Positions 1 to 13,945 of a stretch of 64,000 nucleotides of DNA are shown here, in pieces. Made by a program: the position numbers and the translations under genes. Within the stretch, counting starts at the first letter, position 1; each line of letters begins with the position of its first letter. The stretch spans positions 26,412,001-26,476,000 of the forward strand of contig CM022677.1 of assembly GCA_012295275.1 (NCBI GenBank), read 5' to 3'. Below the pieces are notes generated by a model. That model searched no databases and was not told the DNA's origin. It was given only the letters and a program-made list of their open reading frames with translations. This DNA is from Chrysomallon squamiferum (Eukaryota > Animalia > Mollusca).

Positions 1-249
1 AACATGACATACTTTTACACAGATTATACTCTGTAACATTACATCAGTATAGTATGTAACTGTATCTACATTAAAACATACATATCTGTATTTATAAATT
101 ATTATTAAGACAAGTTTTAAATTACACATGTATTTTGTCAGTACCTGGGTCTATTCGTGATAAATGAATGATATCAAATTTTAAAGATGAGTTCAGTATG
201 GATAGCTGTCTGATATAATTTAATTTTGTGTGGAAACATTTATGTTTTA

Positions 250-289
250 ATTCATTTGTAAACAAGTAATAATCATTTATCTTTGTTTT

Positions 290-332
<43 letters not shown>

Positions 333-357
333 AAATAATTTTTTAAGAAAATACATT
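250..357 (+). repeat. Short dispersed direct duplication, copy 1 (copy 2 at ~1328-1407)
   Basis: ATTCATTTGTAAACAAGTAATAATCATTTATCTTTGTTTTG-(CT)n-TTAAATAATTTTTTAAGAAA occurs at both positions and differs mainly in (CT)n length. Confidence 0.8.
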
Positions 358-1969
358 TTTAAAATATTCAATAAATTAGGAAATTATGACAGGTTTTTTT
401 TTATTTTTTTATTTATTTAATTTTAATTTTTAAGTTAGGCTATGTGAAGATTTTGAATGAAAGACAAAACCTTTACTTTTCATGTAAAATAATTTAAAAT
501 GTGTAATTAAATGCTGGGCATTAAAGATAAGAATTTATTTTTCTTTTATTGTTTATATCTAATCATTCCAGACAGGTTAATTATTTCATTTCATTCCACT
601 GTTTCAAAACAAACAAATAACTAAATAAACCTATTTTTTGTATATATGAAACAATGTATAATGGTTGTGAATAACATTTTCTGTCTATCTATGATGGTAC
701 AAATTAATGGCAAAAATGTTCATTATTTTTAATGTTTATCCTTTTAAATAATCAGCAATTTAAACTGTGCCTAACATGGCCTTTCAGTTTATTTGGCAGA
801 AAAAGATTCCAGAGTTTTCAAACTGAACTTATTTATTTTTGATATACAAAATTAAAAGGTTGTTTAATAAACCCCTAAAACTAGGAAGCATGCTGAATCT
901 GTTTTAGACTATTTCTTTGTACTGTCAAAGATAAATTTTAAATGTTTCCATTGCTATGCAATTCACAGGGTAATTAATCTCTTCCTTTGGTTTAAATATA
1001 TTGTGAAATGTTTGTAATAATTGAATAAAAGTATGGCCTGTTATAAAATAGTTAAGATAATTTAAATCGGTATATTTTTACTTTGACTTGAAATAAAAGA
1101 GGTTACAGAAATGAGCTTACTATTATTATAATAGAAACAGTTTGTAAAGTAGGTATTAGCAGTATTACCTATAAATTGATCATAATAATTATCTTATAAT
1201 CTTATATAATAACAGCAAAAAAAATAAAAAAATTAATAAAAAAAATAATTATTTTTTTTACTGATATTGGCATAAGTTGTATAAACTAGACCTCAATTTA
1301 ATTTTGTCTAGAAATGTTCATGTTGTAATTCATTTGTAAACAAGTAATAATCATTTATCTTTGTTTTGTTCTCTCTCTCTTTAAATAATTTTTTAAGAAA
1401 TACATTGTAAAAATCTAACATTAGAGGTCATACAAATTAGCTTAACATTGTAACAAAAAAAATAATAATAATAATAACAGCAACAATAATAATAATAATA
1501 ATAATAAAAATAAATAAATAATAAAAATAATAATAAAGGAATAAAAGTATATATCAAAAGGAAGAGGTTATTTCCAGATTTGTGATAAAACTTTTCTTCT
1601 ATCATTCCACACTGTAGTCTTGTGCTTGTTTTCTCTGTGTATTATTACTGTGATAGGTAAAAATAAACAATAGAGTTCAATACAAGAAGAAACAGTCAGG
1701 TATACTGATATATAATAACTCTTGTTTTTCTGTGGTATCACCATCTTTCTTTTTCCATGGTATTTGTAAATCCATATTTTACTTTGCTGTTTATATATCT
1801 ATACATTATTTATTGCCATTGTTATTATTATCATAAATATTATTATTATAATTATTATTGTTATTATTATTTTTATTATTATTGTAAATCTTTCTACAAG
1901 ACGCATATGACATCAGAATAGAAATATTTACAGTTCACCATGTTAAATAACTGGGATAGATGAGAAGTA

Positions 1970-2026
<57 letters not shown>

Positions 2027-3486
2027 AAATGATGATGATGATAATAAATAATAAATAAATTAATAAAAAGAAAAAAAAAATGGTGACATCAGTGAAAAAC
2101 AAGCATTTTGTTACTGATACAGTTGTATAAATGTACTGAGATGAAAAATGATTGGCAAGTAGTATTCACATCTATTGGCTGTTTTAGTTAAATTTGAAAA
2201 ACTTTATTTTTAAGATTTGTAAAGTGCAAAAGCAGAACCTGATACTTTTGAAATGCAAGTTAAACATAAACAGAATTGATGCAAGATAGTTAAAAACAGA
2301 AAATGAAATGTTGTTGTTCAAGTTGTTTGGGAATTTTTGTGTTTTTAAAACTGGTTTGTTGTTATTATATATACTGTACTTGATGTTCTCTATGATGTTA
2401 ATTTTCTAAATAATGTATACTCAGTTTGAATTGATTATTTGATAAACACATAAAAACACTATCTAAGATAAACCTATACAAAAACACACACAAATTAAGA
2501 CTTGAATATACAGACACAGTGTACAAACACACACACACACAAACAAACACACACACACACTTTTTAGCACCATCAGTTTAATTCAGATTATTACACTTAA
2601 TTATTATTATTATTATTTTTAATGTATGAATCAATATTTTGAAAAAAATAATTAGTTTTACTTGTTATGTACATGTATCTGAAATGTAACAAACATTCAA
2701 GAATAAATTCACCAAAGACTTACTAATTCTTTGCATGCTGTGGTACAAAAGTGATATTATAGACTTGAAGGTCACAAAAATTACAAATGTTTTATTTTTC
2801 TTTTATTTTTCTTCATTTAAAAAAAAAAAAAAAAAAAAAGACGCTTTACTTAAAAAAGAAGTGTTGTTTCCCATAATTACGAGAATTTGTTTCCATCCAA
2901 TCCAAAATATTGAAATAACCACATATATAAATATACCCGGTACCACTTTTATGAGTATTTAATATGAGCGAGTTCCTGCAACTTTCCACCACTATCTAAC
3001 TATTGGAATAATCCTTTGTAATGAAACATTCCTCTTATTTGTATGTTTGATTTTATTGGTTTTGTGTCTCTGTGTTATTAGATGGAAAACACCCCCGGTA
3101 TGTAATGTTTCCTAACTGCAGAAACTATTTTATTATTATTATTATTATTATTAATATTATTATTATATTATTATTAATTTTATTATTACATTATTGTTTT
3201 TATTTATATTATTATTTGTGTATAGTTTTAGCATTGTTATTTTATTATCCGAATTTGTTATTTAATATTTTTACCATCATCATTACTGTTACTTATTTTA
3301 GTTTGGGTATTTTTTTTTTTTTTTTTTTTGGCTTTTTTGTTTTTTTTTTAACCATTATTATTATTAATGTTTCTTTTTTCACACTTAAGTTATAGTGTGT
3401 CTGGCCATTTAAAAAGTTGCAATTCAGTTCACAATTAAAACCAACCCACACTGGTCATTATGTATTTTGATTTAATTAAAAATTGA

Positions 3487-3518
<32 letters not shown>

Positions 3519-5329
3519 CTGTATGTAAACAAAATAGATGTAGATGAATAAAATACATATATATGAACATATAAAATGTGTACATTAATGTTTTATGTAA
3601 AATAATTACATTAAGGTTTTATTTAAAATCAACAATGTTATGTACATAAATTATGCTATAAATTTTATGTTATTCAATAATTATGACTTTTTTGTACAAC
3701 ATGATGTATGTATGTACAATGCAATTTATCGAATGCCATTTTAAATACTGAATAGTGATCATCATGCTGTTGTTACGACAATGTAATTTATTGAAATGCT
3801 ATTTTAGTTGAAAGTAATTAAATGATGTTGTTAAAATGTAGAGCAGTGTTGATTATTAAGTTATGGTGTGAAAGAAAGATTGGTTAAAGACTGTATGAGA
3901 AATATTAGCAATAAAATCACGAAAAAATTAAAAATCCTGTGTCTGTTGTTTATTGATTTTGATCATTAATTAAAGTGATCGAAAACTGATAATTGGTTTG
4001 TACTGTTATGTAAGCAAACAAGCCAAAAACACAAATAAAAGCTATAATCAGCATGTTTTTTTTTTTTTTTAACAATCAATTAATAGATTTCAGTATTGCA
4101 TAAACTGTTTTTTAAAAATAAAAAAAGACAAACAAATTTCTTTTTTTGAAACTGATTTATATATACAAAATGAATACATTGAGGAAAAAGAAATGATCAA
4201 CTTTTTTTTATTAAACTGAGTAAAACTATTACTTGAACAAACTGAATTAACACATAGTTATTCCAGACCGTTAACAGGACAAGGGAAATAACTCAATTCA
4301 GAAAACAAAAACCCATGTTAAACATGATGTATAATGATACATTTTACTGACAAAAGGAGTCTGTTTAGACATGTTTCCTTGTATCAATACTAGAATTATT
4401 TGTAACTGTTTCTACAGCATTCATCAATGTGATTTTTTTGATTATAAGTTCTGCTTATATAAATAAATTCCAAAAATATTCAATAAAAAGATAATATTTA
4501 AGTTTTTATAGAATATATTTTTGGTCCTTTTATTAAAAAAAGGAATATTTTAATTATTCCTAAATGTTAATTTAAATAAAATGAAATCTAACATTACTTC
4601 AATAACAATGAAGTCAAAGATGATAAAAAAAAAAAAAGAAATAAAGAGATTTGTTTTTATTTATTTATTTATGTCCATTTTTTTTTTTTTTTTTTTTTTT
4701 CACAAAAGTTTACAAATAATAAAGTTACAGTAATAAATTATCAAGGAGTCTGCTGTTATCCTTTCTGTTACTTTGCACTGAACCTCAAAATTTAACAGTG
4801 GCATTACAATGATGATGATGATAAAATTATCACTTGGATGTAAATGTTTAAAGCTATTTCAAAAAGTCCAGATATTACCTTTGTTTTCTTTTCTCAAAAT
4901 ACCATAATTTTCATTGAATAAAACTAAGATTGCTCTGTCAGTAAAATGTAGTGTCTCTTTCTAAATGTGTTTTATCATAGAGATCAGATTTTTTTTAATC
5001 AAGATCACTTTAAAAGTAAAGTTGCTACATTCTTATCAAAATACATTTTAAATCCAGATTTCTTTTTTAACATAAAATTTACTTCTTACTTCTTTTTTTT
5101 TATTATTATTATATTTGATTTGTTTATACAAAATTTAAACATAAAACAGATTCTTAACTAAAAAACGTATCCCAGTTTTCAAAATAACATCAATTATTTC
5201 ATCTCTGTTAAATTTGCTTCAATTTAAATTAAAAACTGCTCCGTCGAAACCCAAAAGTTCATGAAACATGTAAACAAAACAAAAGAAGTGTTGAGTTTTG
5301 TGCAAGAGAAATGTTGCTGTAGCTGCTGC

Positions 5330-6989
5330 TCAGCTGTCCTGCTGGATGAAAGGGTTGGCGATGGCCTCCATGCCGTCCTGGGGACAGATGAGAACCACGG
5401 ACGTTCCTCGGCAGACAACTAAACCAAGGTTACGAGTGTCGTCTGTCAGCTTAAACGGATCATCTGGATCTGAAGAAAAGTTTATAAAACATCAAAAATA
5501 TATAATCTAAGATACTTTCAAAAACTAAGTTAAGATCTTCTTAAACGATTTCAATGGATTTGACGGTAATTTTAAAAACATTAAAAAAATATAATCTAAG
5601 ATACTTTCAAAAACTGAATTAAGATTTTCTTAAACTAGTTCGTTCTGATGATAATTTTAACAAGATTAAAAAATAATGTCCTACACAGGAACAAAAAAAA
5701 AAAATTCCTTATTCAGTGCTACTTATGGTTTCAGTGAAATGAAAACAAGGTTTTTGTTTTATTGTGGATTTTTTTTAATAATCTACCTATGAAAAAAGAA
5801 AGCACCTCTCAAAAATAAAATAAAATTTGTTGGTGATTCTTAAACTTTTTTAATGGATCTGAAAGTAAGTTTAGGAAAAGAAATAAAAGATGTTAACTAG
5901 CTGTCATTCTATTCTGTTTTAAGTGTTTACTTATTAACTTATAATTTATATATGCCAGTCATAGGTGGGTGTAGGTGTTTGTCACAAACAAGTTTATCAT
6001 ATACACTGATACATAGGTAAATGTTTAATAAAATGCATTCAAGAAAATATATATATATACTGATAATTATTCCCAAATAAAATAACAGTGTATCTAAAAA
6101 TAAGTAATTAAAAGTAATTAAAAGTACTTATTGTTAGATACTCAGTTATTTTATGTGGGAATAATTAAACACCTATTTTCATGCCATTACAAGCATAGAT
6201 TCACGTCAAAACTGTTAACTGATATAACAGCAAAACACATCAACATATCAACGCATACTATTGTTTAGATGCTTTAGTTAAATTATTTTCTTTATAATCA
6301 TTTCTTTTCAGACTCAGTCTTTTTCGGGTCACTATCTCTTTGAATCTCTATCATCATTCCAGAAGTCTCTATTCCTTCCCAGACATTTTGTAAAAGTGTA
6401 AAGAATTTTGATTTATAATGCACAGATAGAAGCTGATGCAAGTTAAATATTGTTTTACCTACAGAGTGCTATCTTGCACCCTGGGAATAATTTTAGATAA
6501 AAAAAACACTTACCCCTGAGAAATTCTGTTGTGCCATCTAGTACAAGATTCAAGAGAGGATCAAAACCTTTTAAAATTCCAGATGCTGAAAGTGTAAAAA
6601 TATTTATTAGAAATATATTATATAATAATTTAACTGAAAACCAGCTATTTCACTGTCTAAAAAGATTGTAAATTAATTATTTATGAGAAAAAAAAAAAGA
6701 TTGAACAAAAGATTTTCATTTTATTTCATATTAATTTGACTGAATGATGTCTCATTTAATATTCAGTTACATGGGCAAATAATTTAAAAAAGACAACTCT
6801 TGGCTGAAACACTTTCTTTTTAAGAATTAAATAACAAATAATCCGAAACACTATTTTTGTCTTTGAAATACAACTTAAAAATTATCCATTGCTTTAGTTG
6901 CTTTGCTCAGTCCTTTAGAGATCAGGGTATACAGAATCATAACAAAATATGTAATGTGTATTCTGGGTATCACTTCTTTCTCAGTTCAC

Positions 6990-7046
<57 letters not shown>

Positions 7047-7996
7047 CACACAAAATAGATAGATGCATATGTGTGTGTGTATTGAGAGAGAGATACTTAA
7101 AAATTTTTAGATGATTCTATAAATGCCTCCAAATATCCTGAACTCATTTAATACAACTCTAAGCTAATTTATTCAGTATAAATAATTAAAACAGAATATA
7201 ATATAACTAATCTATAAAAAAATATAACATCAGAATATAAATATACTTTAGTAATAATTTCACATATAATTAAAAATGTTACACTTTTGTCTTTATTTTA
7301 TTTTTTTTTTCTCTCTCTCTCTCTCACTATGATAATGATTCCTAAGTTAATTACCTTCACGTCCACCACTAAATTTCACTCTGATTGGCTTCTCTAAGTA
7401 TTTTGAAAGATCAAGAATACTTTCTTTCTTCTTTTTCTCTTTTTCAACCGTCTATAAAACAATTATGTAATACAGTTTAACAATAAAAATGAATGTTTTG
7501 AAGTGTTTTAACTGTTTTTACAAAGTACTGTTATTTATTTATTTTTATTTATAGGTTATATAGTACGGTACTATCCGATCTTCTTGAAGGTGCTACTGAC
7601 ATTTGTTTTTGGCTACCATTATGTTATGTAATTATATGTAATTGACAAGGTTTAATTATGAAGTTATTAGTTAACTAATCAAATCTGGTGAATTACACAT
7701 AACAGTTTTAGTTTATAATTTGTATAAACCACCAGAAATAATTATAATCATATACTGTTTCTTTCGAATATAAACTGACAGCTATGACAGAGATAATTTA
7801 ATTTGGATGGTATTGGTCGAAAGTAATTTTTATTTTATTTTGTAGTTTCAGTATTACTGTTGTAAGTTGTAATAATATAATTCATGAATACATTTTAATT
7901 AATTATCTAACCATATGTAAAGGAATTTATTGAAATTTTAATAATATAGTTTAAATTAGTGTTTACCTGTGATGGTCTCTGTGTTTGAATTGACAT
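5330..7996 (-). CDS. LSM7: U6 snRNA-associated Sm-like protein LSm7 (4 exons)
   Basis: Exons 7996-7967, 7451-7355, 6585-6514, 5469-5330, all GT-AG with phases 0/1/1. Translation: MSIQTQRPSQ TVEKEKKKKESILDLSKYLEKPIRVKFSGGRE ASGILKGFDPLLNLVLDGTTEFLR DPDDPFKLTDDTRNLGLVVCRGTSVVLICPQDGMEAIANPFIQQDS*. This matches the known LSm7 sequence closely. Exon 1 is the least certain. Confidence 0.96.
5451..5870. repeat. ~89-bp degenerate tandem repeat spanning the LSM7 intron 3/exon 4 acceptor
   Basis: Units of CTTAAAC..TGGATCTGAA..TATAATCTAAGATACTTTCAAAAACT start at ~5451, 5540 and 5629, with a further partial copy at ~5839. Confidence 0.7.
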
Positions 7997-9144
7997 TGTT
8001 AAAGAAAATACTGTAAACCCAACAACCCATGCGTCGACTTTACGTTCATAAACTTCCGGTGTTCAAAATATATTCGCTTTTTAGTTTCCTCCAATTAAAC
8101 GAGAACCAATGTATTTGTTTCGTTTTTATCTGTCATTCATTTTTTCTTCTTCTTCTTCTTAGAATGGAATTTCATCCATATTTACAGGGTTTTTTTTTAT
8201 TATTATAAGAAGAGTAAGTAGATTTTTTTTTTTTTTTTAATTTTAAAATACTTTTTTTTTATCCTACATTAGTAGATTTATTTTATGATAACAAGAGTAA
8301 ACAGATGTTTGCTATTTATCGATATTATTTCCTGGCTTGCATTTGGCTGGAAGGCATACAATAATAGTATTTAGAACCCAAAATGATTCTTCTGTATCAT
8401 ACAACAGTAGATATCCTATTTACAGTGATATTAATTACGATAATCATTACATTACAACTGAGATACCGAATCACGTTTTTTCATGGCTTTTGCAACATCA
8501 TAATAAAAAAGAAAGTTGTTCAAAACTTTTACAGTTTGTGCAAATATTTATAAACCAAAGTGGAGGCACAACGTATTCGTAACAGACACCGATATTATTT
8601 CAACCCAGATTCATCTCTTACTTTTATGCGACGTCTTTAGTTTCTGTTAGAGGAAGAACGACTTAATCACTGGGCTGCTTTCAGTGTGGTTCGATAGAGA
8701 ACTTCCTCTTTCAGGCAGAGGCTGCGTAGTTGCTTTAATTTTCATGTCCACTGTCCTGTAAGCTATGAACTGTTGTTTCCAGTGTTATAGTTTTTTTTTA
8801 AAGTGGTCTGCAGCTCGCAAGCAGTCAAGATTCTTTACAGACGGGTTTCTACCACTTTATAGAAGTGAAGATATAAAAATTAAACTAAGCGAGGAATTTT
8901 ATACTGACAGGAAGAATTACCCCGCAAGTAAAAAGTAGTGAACTGAATGAAGATCGTTTTATTATATCAGTGACTGCTAGTTCCCAGGTTCTCTCATTGT
9001 TTCAGATCACACATTATATGCCCAACCCCACCCATCCACACCCAAACACAAACACAGACACATTTGAAAACCCGTCCATCCTTAGAATCATTCTCACGCA
9101 ACCAGGACAAGAAACGAATTTTTCTTCTTTATTATGTCCTGCAG

Positions 9145-9181
<37 letters not shown>

Positions 9182-9182
<1 letters not shown>

Positions 9183-9723
9183 AGGTACCGAACCATTTAT
9201 CAGGCATCCGGAAATCCGGAAAATACAGAAAACCGGCAATTATTTATTCATTGTTGTTGTTGTTGTTGTTGTTGTTGAAGGACTACTTTTAAATTAGTCA
9301 CTCGCTGCATTAGTCGTTTCCGTGACGTACACGTTGAACGGTTTAAGTGAGACTGTTGCTGTGTAGAGGTAAATCTCTTACAGAAGTCGTTATACCTGTC
9401 AAATTAATTTTGTTTTTGTTTTTAAATTATTGTTTATTTAATTTTCATTTGATATATTATTCATGATATTATTCATGATGAAATTTAAGTGTTTTGAGAA
9501 GTGTATTAATTTGTATTGATATCGTTTATATAAAATTATGTTCTTTCTTTTCTTCGTTTAATTTTCACCCTATTTATTATAGATCATATCCTCTATAGGT
9601 AATTTACGATTTTTAATGATTTAAAAATGACGTATGTATTTAGAATGTATCTTGAAATCCGGCAAATCCAGAAATCCGGAGCACCTTCAGTCCCAAGTTT
9701 GCCGGATAAATGGTTCGTACCTG
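9182..9723. mobile_element. Non-autonomous Tc1/mariner-superfamily (pogo/Tigger-like) MITE
   Basis: Left TIR is CAGGTACCGAACCATTTATCAGGCA at 9182. The reverse complement of the right end is CAGGTACGAACCATTTATCCGGCA, ending at 9723. TA target duplications lie at 9180-81 and 9724-25. There are subterminal GAAATCCGG repeats and no transposase. Confidence 0.85.
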
Positions 9724-10422
9724 TATTTATTTATTTATTTTTTTGTTATGCGTTAGCTCGGCAAACAACAGTTTGAATACAGCAACGTCATACCACTTTC
9801 AAATTAAATTCAGTATACAATTCGCTTTATTTAGAGGACAATAGTTCGGTAACCATGAAGGTTAGAAAAATTAATGTTCCAGATTTTATGTAATACTTAC
9901 GGATTTTCAAAGAAAAAGAGACACTTTTGACGATCATTTTTTATTTTTCTTTGTTGTTAATCTATCAGTGTGATATTTCATGCTTGTTAATCTTATTAAC
10001 AGGTGAAAAAAATGAGGATGGATTTTTGAAAACAACGAATTCGCTCTAAATTGGCGATACTGATGTTTTGCTACTGACATCCACTTCTGTCATGAGGTAT
10101 TTCCGGTAAAATGACACCGGTTACGTATCTGGTATCCATTTATTCGTCTTAGATCATACAAACTGCTGTGATCTGTTTAAAATAAAGGGAAACGTATTGA
10201 CGACATAAATAAATGCTTAACCATACCAATAACAGATAGAGGCCGTATTGTACTTAATCAATAAACTGTTCTGCTGCTTATTTTATGCTGGACATTCATA
10301 TTATCGTCTATGCTAATTTCGATAACAAAATATTTATTTCCATTTATTTATTTATTTATTTATTTATTTATGTGTTCGTTCGTTCATTCGTTTGTTTGTT
10401 TAATTTTAAATCATTTTGCTGT

Positions 10423-11567
10423 TTACTTTCCATATTTTATATGATGAATTATTTTTGGAATATCTCCGATAAGGACGAATGTCATTGGTACAACAATCAC
10501 GACAACAGCAACGTATCCCATTGACGAGGACGACCTCCTTGTGTCGCCAGCACTTGTGCATTTTCGTCTTGTGGACGACAGTGACGACGTGCTAATTTTG
10601 AGACTGTCGACGATTCTTTTCTCAGCCGCTTCAACCATACTTCTCGAGAGACAAACGCTGTTGACGCAAACACAGGTGACTGAAGTCGTAGTTGCAGAGA
10701 TCGTCGACTGCAGAGTTTGTTCGATTAAAGCAGTCGCATGCCAGGTTGTTCCCGTATCAGCCAGTTCCTGTTGTGTTAATGACGTCATTAGTCCGTAGAT
10801 ATTGACGAGAGAGGTGGATTCTTTTGGTGCAGACGGCTCGATGTTCGATAAAGTTGTCTCTACCAATCGCGCTTCTTCAATTGCTGATGACGTCATTTCT
10901 TTATTCCTCGGTACTGGTGCCTGTTGTTTCGACTGATAGATTCTTGTTGACGTTATATCTTCATTCAATAGTTCTGGCGTTTTTGATGACATCAACTCTA
11001 CAGTTTCTGAAGCTGCTATGACGACAGTTGGTTTAGAATTTGTAATTTGTTCGGAGGTAATGGAATGAGAAATGTTCAATGACGTCATTTCTTTATTTCT
11101 CGGTTCTGGCATTGCTGATGATGTCATTGGTACCGGTTGTTTCGAGTGATACGTTCTTGATGACGTTTTACCTTCATTCCATAGTTCTGGCATTGTTGAT
11201 GACGTCATCTGTACAGTTTCTGAAGCTGATAACACTATAGGTGGATTAGAGATACTAAGTTCCCTTTTTAGCAGAATATCTGCAAACGATTCTGCGAGTG
11301 ATGCCGATAATAAAATACTTTCTTTTTTATTAACTGCGGCGGCTGATGAATATATGGGCTTTTTCGTTACAGGAGAAGGTTTAATGTATTCAGAAATGAT
11401 GACAGTCGAAGGTGTCGTTTCGAATGAGATAGCATCTGTATAAGCTGTCGTTGTTACTCTGTTGTCGTTTTCATCCACGCTGGAGGTATCTTTCTCAGGT
11501 TTATCTAATGAAAATAAAATGATAAAAATGAAAGGTTATCATGATTTACATATATTAATATAGTAAT

Positions 11568-11661
<94 letters not shown>

Positions 11662-12005
11662 TCTTGCGTGTCTATGTATGTGGATGAATAAGAGACTTAT
11701 GTTTTATGCGTCCAAGAATTCGTTGTGAATGCATGTAGCTACATTTATTTGAATAAAATGTTTACTCATACCTCGGCTATTAATCAGAATAGGCCAGCCT
11801 TTAAACCCGTTGATCATATTTTCTGTATCTTTCTCTGGAAGGTAATATGAAATTACAAACATATTATAAATTATATTATATACATGTGCGAGTGTGTATA
11901 TGTTTATGTGTGCACATATATATGTGTATGTGTGTGTGTGTGTGTGCGGCGTGCGTGTAGAGGTAAACAGAATGTAACTAGAAAGATACGACTAATAAAT
12001 AATAT

Positions 12006-12038
<33 letters not shown>

Positions 12039-12094
12039 CTAATACTAATACTAAAGCTAAAACTAAAACAACAACTGCTACTACAACCAGTAAT

Positions 12095-12139
<45 letters not shown>

Positions 12140-12244
12140 AATAATAATAATAAACAAACCTGTGTGTATCAGTCCACCAAAAGATTCGTGTACAAAAATA
12201 AGAAGGCTGCATAACAAAATTATTCCTCTCCTCAAAACTGCCAT
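10423..12244 (-). CDS. Ser/Thr-rich (mucin-like) single-pass membrane protein, ~409 aa, with conserved C-terminal RKxTSAxDxRxSS-MG-TM module
   Basis: Exons 12244-12160 (signal peptide MAVLRRGIILLCSLLIFVHESFG), 11834-11772 and 11504-10423. Both introns are phase 1 GT-AG and join in frame with the 351-aa ORF. Hydrophobic segment YVAVVVIVVPMTFVLIG. The stalk has an internal duplication (ASETV..MTSS..PE..NE..PRNKEMTS). Confidence 0.85.
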
Positions 12245-13194
12245 TTCATTTAAAAATCAATCACTTTGCCAGCTTCACTTTCGTCTGGCTTACTATTTTT
12301 CATCATTTTTTTTTTTTTTTTCAAACATTTTTTTTTTTTTTTTTTTTTTTCCAGTATTTTATTTTATTTTCAATTTTTTTTTTTTTTTTACCTGTCTTTC
12401 TATGAAATATCGTTATTTTTAATTCGAACTACATCCTGTCAGATGACAACACTGTTGTAACTGTTTGATCTGAACATTACATTGTTTACATTCATTTCAA
12501 ACTCTGCAGACGACAATTAACACTTTTACATGAACACCTAAATCGATTATTTAAATATCCACTTGTTCTTCAAGAATCACGAATACGCCCCTAAATCCGA
12601 GGATGGATATATTAGGAGGGGGGGGGGGACAAGTATTAAGATAGGAATCGCAGCTGCGGTAGAGTTTTTAGATCAAATTTAGCAAAGTTATGAAATTTGT
12701 GTATGTTTCATTCCTCTTTCTTGGTTATTATTCCTTCCCATGCACTCACTGACTTCTTTAGAAATATAAAATCGAATATACCTTCAAAAGAACAAAGTGG
12801 AAGAATAGAAAAAAAATAACAGATGTTTTTTTTTTATTTCAGCTGGTATATACTATACTATACTATACTATACTATACTATACTATACTATACTATTCTG
12901 TATCATATCATACCATACCATATTCTATACTATACTATACATTACAATACTAATGCCCTATCATACCATAGTAGACCATACAATATCACAAAATACCATG
13001 CCATACTATACGATTCTGAACTGTAGCTATACTGTATCATCCTGGTCAAATGTTTGAAATCGAAGGCGGCAAATTTTTGTTTAAAATTTTGATTAATAAA
13101 AATGTACATTTCTTTCATAATTTTCTTTAAAAAAAACCCCAAAACATTCTTTATTCCAGGACTGAATTCATATTATTTTAATTGTATGCCAAAC

Positions 13195-13249
13195 AACGAC
13201 TCCACCCAACGACTCCACCCATCGACTCCACCCACAACGACTCCACCCA
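13195..13249 (+). repeat. ~13-bp tandem repeat (CAACGACTCCACC) x4
   Basis: Directly visible in the sequence. Confidence 0.8.
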
Positions 13250-13782
13250 GTCTTACAACCTGATTCGCCCCGAGTTAATTTTCAAAATCCATTCAGAGTA
13301 AAACAAATCTGAACGAAATGTAAAATGTTTGATAAAATAAGCCATGTTTACATTTTTATTGAAAAATATCAAGTACTTCTGTGTAAAGAGTGCTTTTCAC
13401 TGACAGTATTTAGACTGTGTGTGTGTGTGTGTCTGTGTGCGTGTGTGTGAGTGTGTGTGTGTGTAATACTATTAGTAAAAGTACTACTACCACTACACTG
13501 CTATTACCAATATCATATTAACTATTTTTGTTGGGTTTTTTCCTACTTGACTGGACTTGTATTATTATTTATTTATTTATTGTTCTGACATTATAGTTTT
13601 AACTGTGTTAGAGTAGTAATGATAGCACTAGTAGTAATAGTAGTAGTAGTAGCAGTAGTAATAGCAGTAATAGTAAACCATTTTGGATAAGACAGAGATG
13701 GTAAACTAAAACTGTAATAGCATTAACTGTGAATATGTTTAAATCATTTTATTTTATTTTATTTATTTATTTAGTGTGTGTA

Positions 13783-13945
13783 TTTGTTAAATCCAGCAAA
13801 TAATAGAGAGAATAATTGGAAAATGGTAAATGCGAGTTATGTTAATTTTTATCCTTCCGAGTAATGGTAACTAAGGATATCAAAGGTAAATTCTGCTGGG
13901 CATCATTTAATATTAGTTGTAAGAGAAATCGCTATTTCTGCACAC
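13783..13945 (+). repeat. Interspersed repeat, copy 1 (diverged copy at ~28186-28335)
   Basis: Both sites share ordered blocks in the same orientation: TTTGTTAAAT.CAGCAA / AATAA.TGGAAAATG / TTTATCCTT..GAG.AATGGTAACTAA / AGGTAAATT.TGCTG / ATCATTT / AGAGAAATC. Confidence 0.65.

Noticed and set aside
1-3950. Possible long 3' UTR of an upstream + strand gene (AATAAA at ~3910 followed by a GT-rich tract)
   Set aside because: No coding exon lies in the window, and AATAAA is common at this AT content, so it cannot be supported.
7565-7620. Possible alternative first exon of LSM7 (ATG TCA GTA GCA CCT TCA AGA..)
   Set aside because: No convincing in-phase donor was found; the 7996-7967 exon fits better.
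8620-8960. Possible retroelement fragment upstream of LSM7
   Set aside because: No recognisable RT/RNase H motif or sustained ORF was found.
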